From an uncultured Candidatus Saccharibacteria bacterium (GTDB taxonomy: Bacteria; Patescibacteriota; Saccharimonadia; CAILAD01; BJGX01): a stretch of 64,000 nucleotides of DNA. The notes below the pieces were generated by a model. That model was not told where the DNA came from. It worked only from the letters and a program-made list of their open reading frames with translations, and did not search any database. The translations under genes and the position numbers were made by a program. Shown piece after piece: positions 59,334 to 64,000 of this stretch (position 1 is the first letter of the stretch; every line of letters begins with the position of its first letter). The stretch covers positions 78,376-142,375 of the forward strand of contig CAZSVP010000002.1 in assembly GCA_964610335.1 (NCBI GenBank). Direction: 5' to 3'.

Positions 59334-59370
59334 ATACCCATTGTACTAGAACCATCCACACTAATTAAGC

Positions 59371-59399
59371 TTGAATATGTTGTAATTATGATCTATAAT
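59371..59399 (+). promoter_or_regulatory. cassette promoter
   Basis: TTGAAT-N17-TATAAT. Confidence 0.7.
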
Positions 59400-59444
59400 A
59401 CCGCTCACCGTTGGTAGACCACCAGGATCACTAAGGAGGTGACT

Positions 59445-59807
59445 ATGTCTACCGAGTTGACAATCCAGCTGGTGAAGCGGCTGTTCGAAGCATTCTTGGG
59501 TGGCCAAGGTCGTCTCCGTGTGGAGAACGTGCCAGGTCACTACACCCGAGTGATGGTTCGAGTCGAAGGTGAGGACCTGGAAGTGCACATCGCGCTCTCC
59601 GATACCATGCCTCGGGTGCTGCGAGTGATCTACTGCCCGCAGCATCCAGGCAATTCCGCCGTCATGTTCACCACCGAGGCCGATGCCAAGTACCAGGTAC
59701 GGATGCTTGGCATCAACGACGAAACGCCCGGACACATCATCAAGAAGAGGGTTCACGAACACTTCTTGACTGTGACTGAGCGCCAGTCGCACTCGCTGGC
59801 CAGCTGA
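59445..59807 (+). CDS. orphan protein (GC-rich cassette)
   Basis: TAAGGAGGT SD before ATG 59445; GAAA-tetraloop hairpin after stop. Confidence 0.7.
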   Translation: MSTELTIQLVKRLFEAFLGGQGRLRVENVPGHYTRVMVRVEGEDLEVHIALSDTMPRVLRVIYCPQHPGNSAVMFTTEADAKYQVRMLGINDETPGHIIKKRVHEHFLTVTERQSHSLAS

Positions 59808-59820
59808 ACAAGGAGGGTGA

Positions 59821-59850
59821 TTCCGTCCCGGTCGAAAGACTGGGACGGAG
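59821..59850 (+). terminator. GNRA-tetraloop hairpin after cassette
   Basis: TTCCGTCCCGGTC-GAAA-GACTGGGACGGAG. Confidence 0.6.
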
Positions 59851-59920
59851 CCCGCCCAGAGAGCTTTTACTCAAAAAGAATTCTGGACTGGCTCCGAACT
59901 ACAAATGCTGAAACAATATT

Positions 59921-60388
59921 CTACTTTTTGGCAGTTGGCTTTTTTGTGGCAGCTTTCTTGGTAGGCTTTGGTTTTGCTTTAGTTTCAACTTTGCGTACTT
60001 GCTTACGATATTCTTTTTGACCTTCGTTGATCACCTTTTTGGTAGAATCAGATAGCTGTGCGGCTAGCTCGCGAGCGTGATGTACCAGTACCTTCAGCTC
60101 ATCGTTGGCTACTTTGCTAGCTTTGCCTGTACTTTTACTTAACTGTTCGCGATGAAGATTCAGTGCTGCCAAAGCCTTTTCTGACTTTTCTATAAGTTCT
60201 TTTGATTCTTTATTGCCCGACTTTTTGGCTTTCTTGATCTGCTCGGAAAGGTCCTTGTGCACGTCTTCGCACTTATCCCTAATATCTTCACGAAGTTCAC
60301 TACCTTTCTTGGGCGCGAATAGTAAAGCTGAAACTCCAGCCACTACTCCACCAATAATTACGCCCTTGAAAAAACCTCGCTTGGACAT
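59921..60388 (-). CDS. YtxH-domain protein
   Basis: FFKGVIIGGVVAGVSALLFAPKKGSELREDI. Confidence 0.85.
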   Translation of the reverse strand: MSKRGFFKGVIIGGVVAGVSALLFAPKKGSELREDIRDKCEDVHKDLSEQIKKAKKSGNKESKELIEKSEKALAALNLHREQLSKSTGKASKVANDELKVLVHHARELAAQLSDSTKKVINEGQKEYRKQVRKVETKAKPKPTKKAATKKPTAKK

Positions 60389-60663
60389 TATTCATTATCC
60401 TTTCTGCGATTACGAGCTGATTTACGTGCCCGACCAAAGTATTTCTCTACCATCATGGCTATGATACCTGGATTGACCACCGTACGACGTACTTCATCTA
60501 CCAAGTCCACGGCGTTGTCGGCACCTTCTTGAACCTTTTCGGCAGCAATTTTTACTTGCTTGGTGGTTTTAATTAGTAAGACTAAAAAGATTACGGTATA
60601 AACAATTAATATTACTAGTGCCACCGACACTACACACAATAGGGCAATTTCTAATCCAGTCAT
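60388..60663 (-). CDS. small single-TM protein (DUF948/YoxC-like)
   Basis: N-terminal TM then coiled coil; typical neighbour of YtxH. Confidence 0.6.
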   Translation of the reverse strand: MTGLEIALLCVVSVALVILIVYTVIFLVLLIKTTKQVKIAAEKVQEGADNAVDLVDEVRRTVVNPGIIAMMVEKYFGRARKSARNRRKDNE

Positions 60664-61289
60664 TTGTTACTCACTTTCTGTTTAATAGTTTGAGCTGACT
60701 GCTTGGCTTTTTTCATTATACCAGAGCTGTGCGGCATTTTGCTGTGAACATGACGACTTAGCACTGTCCATTCATTCTTCTCAACCAGAGAGTTTGGGAT
60801 AATGTGGATCTGACCATCGTCGTCTTCGATTCTAACTTTCTTAATATCTAGTTCACGTATTACGCCCTCAGTCTTGCGATCACCAGCAACAACCTTGTAA
60901 CCAACCTTGAAGTCTTTGTCATTGGCAAGTTGCAGTCCAGCCACCAAGTCAGCTACCAAACCAGACAGCCCAGAACTAAAGCCGATAGCAAGCACGGCAA
61001 CCGAGCCGGTTAGTGCCAATGCCACACTACTAAGACCAATAATTTGCAAGAACGCTATTGCTAGAAAAGTCCAGGCCACCAATCGTATGATGGTTTGCAT
61101 AATTTCCTGCAAGCCTATAGGCCAATGGGTAAGCCGCAACATCGGCTTTGACAATCGATTGATTAACTTAACTATAATTATCCCAATCAGAAGGAACAAC
61201 AAAGCACGCGGAATGTTTGGCACTATATTGTTAAAACTAACTGATATGTTCTGAACACCTTTTGTAAGATCAATCCCAAGTGTCTGCAT
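60660..61289 (-). CDS. MscS-family mechanosensitive channel
   Basis: LAIGFS...DLVAGL...FKVG...IHIIPNS. Confidence 0.85.
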   Translation of the reverse strand: MQTLGIDLTKGVQNISVSFNNIVPNIPRALLFLLIGIIIVKLINRLSKPMLRLTHWPIGLQEIMQTIIRLVAWTFLAIAFLQIIGLSSVALALTGSVAVLAIGFSSGLSGLVADLVAGLQLANDKDFKVGYKVVAGDRKTEGVIRELDIKKVRIEDDDGQIHIIPNSLVEKNEWTVLSRHVHSKMPHSSGIMKKAKQSAQTIKQKVSNK

Positions 61290-61292
61290 TTG

Positions 61293-62738
61293 TTACTCCT
61301 CCTCTTCTTGTAATATTGTAGCTAAAAGTGCCTGTGCTTTACTAGGGTTGGCCTGTCCACGACTTGCTTTCATAACCTGCCCCATCAAGAACCCCACCGC
61401 TTGTGGCTTGCCGGCTGCAAAGTCGGCCTTGGCTTGGGGGTTGGCAACCACCACTTCGCGAATAATCTTCTCAATCTCACTATCGTCAGATACTTGAGCC
61501 AGCCCTTTTTGGTCAACTAAACCTTGAGGCGTCCCGCCCAGCACAACTTCTGAAAATATGTCTTTGGCGATGGCGTTGCTAATAGTGCCAGCATCTATTA
61601 GCTTAACTAATTCTGCTAAGTTACTACCAGTGAGTTTGGATTGTTCAATACTGTGTTCTGTTAGCCATGCTTGATAATCTCCTACCAGCCAATTCACCAA
61701 TTTCTTATTGAGCTTGGGGTTATTCAACTTATCACGAGCCGACTGGAATATCTCCATGGTCTGGACTTGCCCAATCAACACATCTTGTTCATCAACATTT
61801 AAACCTAGCTCTATCAATTCTCGACGCACTTCTATAGGCAACACAGTTATTTCACTTTTGGCTGCTTCTATCATAGATTTGGTTACCACAACTGGTGGTA
61901 TGTCGGGCTCTGGGAAATAACGATAGTCATGAGCCTCTTCTTTACCACGCTGGCTGACCGTAACGCCTTTGGCATCATTGTAGCCGCGAGTTTCCTGTAC
62001 TATCTCTTCCCCTTTTTCGAGCAGTTCTATTTGCCGATCGATCTCGTATGCCAGTGCTTTCTCAGCATGACGAAACGAATTGAGATTCTTGAGCTCTGTG
62101 CGGGTACCAAGCTTTTTGGGGTCGGTAGATACCGACACATTGAGGTCAAACTTGAAGTTACCATGTTGCAAGTCACCACGTGTCACTCCAAGGCTGGTGG
62201 CAACGTTGTATATTTCTTGCAAATACCGTTTGGCCTCTAGTGGTGTGTGCATATCAGGCTCTGACACTATTTCCAGAAGTGGCGTGCCAGCGCGATTAAG
62301 ATCTACCAAACTGTGCTTCTTGCCAGCTGGGTGAATCGACTTGCCGGCATCTTCCTCAAGATGAGCGCGATTCACTCGAATCTTGCGAAACTCACCATCA
62401 ATCAATACTTCGACCGAGCCATTGGTAACTATTGGCAAATCCATTTGTGTAATCTGGTAGCCCTTGGGAGAGTCTGGGTAAAAGTAGTTTTTGCGATCAA
62501 ATTTACTAACTTCGTTGACAGTTGCATTGAGCCCAAGGCCAAGCTTGATAGCCAACTCTACTGCGCGACGGTTTGGCACTGGCAAGGCGCCAGGCAGTGC
62601 CAGACAGACCGGACAAACATTGGTATTGGGTTTGGCTCCACGATCATCGGATGCACATGAGCAAAACATCTTAGTGGCCGTAGCCAGCTGAGTATGAATT
62701 TCTATGCCAATTGTGGGGGTGTATTTAGATTGACTCAT
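61293..62738 (-). CDS. gatB: Asp/Glu-tRNA amidotransferase subunit B
   Basis: IGIEIHTQL, FDRKNYFYPD, HLEEDAGK, YRYFPEPD. Confidence 0.98.
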   Translation of the reverse strand: MSQSKYTPTIGIEIHTQLATATKMFCSCASDDRGAKPNTNVCPVCLALPGALPVPNRRAVELAIKLGLGLNATVNEVSKFDRKNYFYPDSPKGYQITQMDLPIVTNGSVEVLIDGEFRKIRVNRAHLEEDAGKSIHPAGKKHSLVDLNRAGTPLLEIVSEPDMHTPLEAKRYLQEIYNVATSLGVTRGDLQHGNFKFDLNVSVSTDPKKLGTRTELKNLNSFRHAEKALAYEIDRQIELLEKGEEIVQETRGYNDAKGVTVSQRGKEEAHDYRYFPEPDIPPVVVTKSMIEAAKSEITVLPIEVRRELIELGLNVDEQDVLIGQVQTMEIFQSARDKLNNPKLNKKLVNWLVGDYQAWLTEHSIEQSKLTGSNLAELVKLIDAGTISNAIAKDIFSEVVLGGTPQGLVDQKGLAQVSDDSEIEKIIREVVVANPQAKADFAAGKPQAVGFLMGQVMKASRGQANPSKAQALLATILQEEEE

Positions 62739-62766
62739 AGTAATTTACCCTTACTAGACAAACTTA

Positions 62767-62886
62767 AGATTGCAATGGATGAGATGGATGCAAGGCTTGA
62801 TCGAGTACTGCAACGAGTCGTAGTGATTACTACGTCGAGTGAAGCACGGAGATTATAACGTAGTAGCCGCTCGTCCATTACAATCT
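62767..62886. repeat. palindromic intergenic element, copy 3 (overlaps stop of 63336-62878 gene)
   Basis: Arms AGATTGCAATGGATGAG/CTCGTCCATTACAATCT; internal CAAGGCTTGAT...GTCGTAGTGATTACTACGTCGA...CGGAGATTATAACGTAGTAG. Confidence 0.7.
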
Positions 62887-63336
62887 CACTCCTAGATCTG
62901 TGATAGCTTGTTGGTAAGTCAACAAAGCATTGTGTACCTGCTGTGGTACCAAATCGTGTTCTACCTCATGCGCTAGCTGATTGCGAAGTTTGTGAGCAGC
63001 CCATACGGCATTGAGATTACTTAGATTCTGACCACCATTCTTAAGCCGATCACCCATGTTTTCGCCAGACACACCGCGAGCTTTCATAACATAATCAAGC
63101 AGTTTATCAGCTTCCATCAAAGCATTTTTGAGCCCACTGGGGCCAGCTTGTTTCATAGCCATTATGTCATTCCATTTACTAACTACAAGAGCCGTATCGA
63201 GTGTAGGCTTGGCAGCTGCTTCAGGCTGCGGCTTGGCACTAGCATGACGAGGACGCATATGGCGCGGCTGAGTGCGCAGAAGTATATAAACAAGGGCAGA
63301 TAGTACTACAATTGCTGCAATTACAGAAAGGTTCAT
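62878..63336 (-). CDS. hypothetical protein, N-terminal TM plus helical domain
   Basis: ALMEADKLLD, GENMGDRLK, WAAHKLRNQLAHE (RNxxxH HEPN-like motif); between gatA and gatB. Confidence 0.75.
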   Translation of the reverse strand: MNLSVIAAIVVLSALVYILLRTQPRHMRPRHASAKPQPEAAAKPTLDTALVVSKWNDIMAMKQAGPSGLKNALMEADKLLDYVMKARGVSGENMGDRLKNGGQNLSNLNAVWAAHKLRNQLAHEVEHDLVPQQVHNALLTYQQAITDLGVRL

Positions 63337-64000
63337 AGACTTGGCCTCCTAGTATGCCAATCGGTAGCGGCTTGAAACTCTGTAGCTATCTGCAGTATCA
63401 AGCCGTCATTGTTTTGAGCTGCTACAATCTGCAGGCCAAGCGGCAGGCCTGTATCGACATCGAGACTGGCAGGGATGCTCACCGCAGGCACGCCTGCTAA
63501 GTTTGCCGAAACTGTTAGAACATCGGTTTTGTACATTTCCAGTGGATCATTCTTGGCGCCTTGCTTAAAGGCAGGAGCTACAGTAGTAGGCATAATCACA
63601 ACATCACAGTCTTTAAATATCTCAGCATAGCTGTTTCGTATAATTGTACGCACTTGCATAGCACGATTGTAGTAAGCATCGTAATAACCTGCCGACAAGG
63701 CATAAGTACCAATCAAATTACGCCTTTTTACCTCGGGACCAAAGTATTCACCACGTGACTTAGCATAGCGATCTAGTAAGTCTTGCACGCCCTCAGCAAC
63801 CGAACCGTAGCGCAAACTATCATAACGCTCTAGATTTGAGCTTATCTCTGATGGTACTAGGATATAGTAGGCAGCCAATGCTTGCTCGCCATCGGGCAAG
63901 TCAATTTCGACAAAGTCATACATACTTAACTGGTTCTTTGCCTCTACGATGGTCGGGTGATCGATGTACTCTTTAGCCACACCAATTTTCAGTTTCTTTT
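63333..64000 (-). CDS. gatA: Asp/Glu-tRNA amidotransferase subunit A, C-terminal part (start outside window)
   Basis: SSNLERYD, FGPEVKRR..IGTYALSAGYYDAYY, ANLAGVPAVSIP, GLPLGLQI. Confidence 0.96.
   Translation of the reverse strand, partial: KKLKIGVAKEYIDHPTIVEAKNQLSMYDFVEIDLPDGEQALAAYYILVPSEISSNLERYDSLRYGSVAEGVQDLLDRYAKSRGEYFGPEVKRRNLIGTYALSAGYYDAYYNRAMQVRTIIRNSYAEIFKDCDVVIMPTTVAPAFKQGAKNDPLEMYKTDVLTVSANLAGVPAVSIPASLDVDTGLPLGLQIVAAQNNDGLILQIATEFQAATDWHTRRPSL

Noticed and set aside
220-63758. Numerous antisense or alternate-frame ORFs over core and cassette genes (e.g. 220-624, 12425-12946, 18792-19304, 50121-50624, 53148-53741, 59361-59792)
   Set aside because: Shadow ORFs of real genes; no SD or promoter support and no recognisable motifs
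1-64000. CRISPR array, rRNA genes, IS transposases, introns/inteins in rpoBC or dnaE
   Set aside because: No regularly spaced direct repeats, rRNA signatures or transposase motifs seen; core proteins have ordinary lengths without intein motifs
1-64000. Alternative genetic code (UGA read as Gly, as in Gracilibacteria/Absconditabacteria)
   Set aside because: Core genes are intact under code 11, and several (rpsE, rplB, rplC, recG) end properly at TGA

Overview
Core-genome region of a Patescibacteria/CPR bacterium, most like Saccharibacteria. Evidence: uL30 is absent between rpsE and rplO, EF-G carries unusual G4/G5 motifs, and the standard genetic code 11 is used. Almost all housekeeping genes lie on the minus strand: the S10/spc ribosomal-protein block, tuf, fusA, rpsG/L, rpoBC, tig-clpP, rsmD-recG-tyrS, radA/PIN-TRAM, clpC-nusA, yraN-rnhB-rplS, dnaE and gatAB. 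PBP1A is on the plus strand. About ten small, GC-rich, self-contained units (sigma70 promoter, strong SD, 1-2 orphan ORFs, hairpin) split these normally contiguous operons, with no integrase or transposase in the window. The most striking element is a separately promoted and terminated array of four tRNA-like RNAs (33975-34349). All four keep the acceptor stem and T arm but deviate elsewhere: one has a UACG tetraloop instead of an anticodon loop, one is a 113-nt tmRNA-TLD-like RNA with G3-U70, one has a broken anticodon loop and one a broken D arm. Also seen: a three-copy ~110-120-bp palindromic repeat family, a CIRCE operator over the nusA-clpC promoter, an SD-sequestering tyrS leader, and unusual substitutions in EF-G (G4 NKIN), RpoB (S531N-equivalent), S12 and the RpoC trigger loop. 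All calls were made by eye, without database searches.
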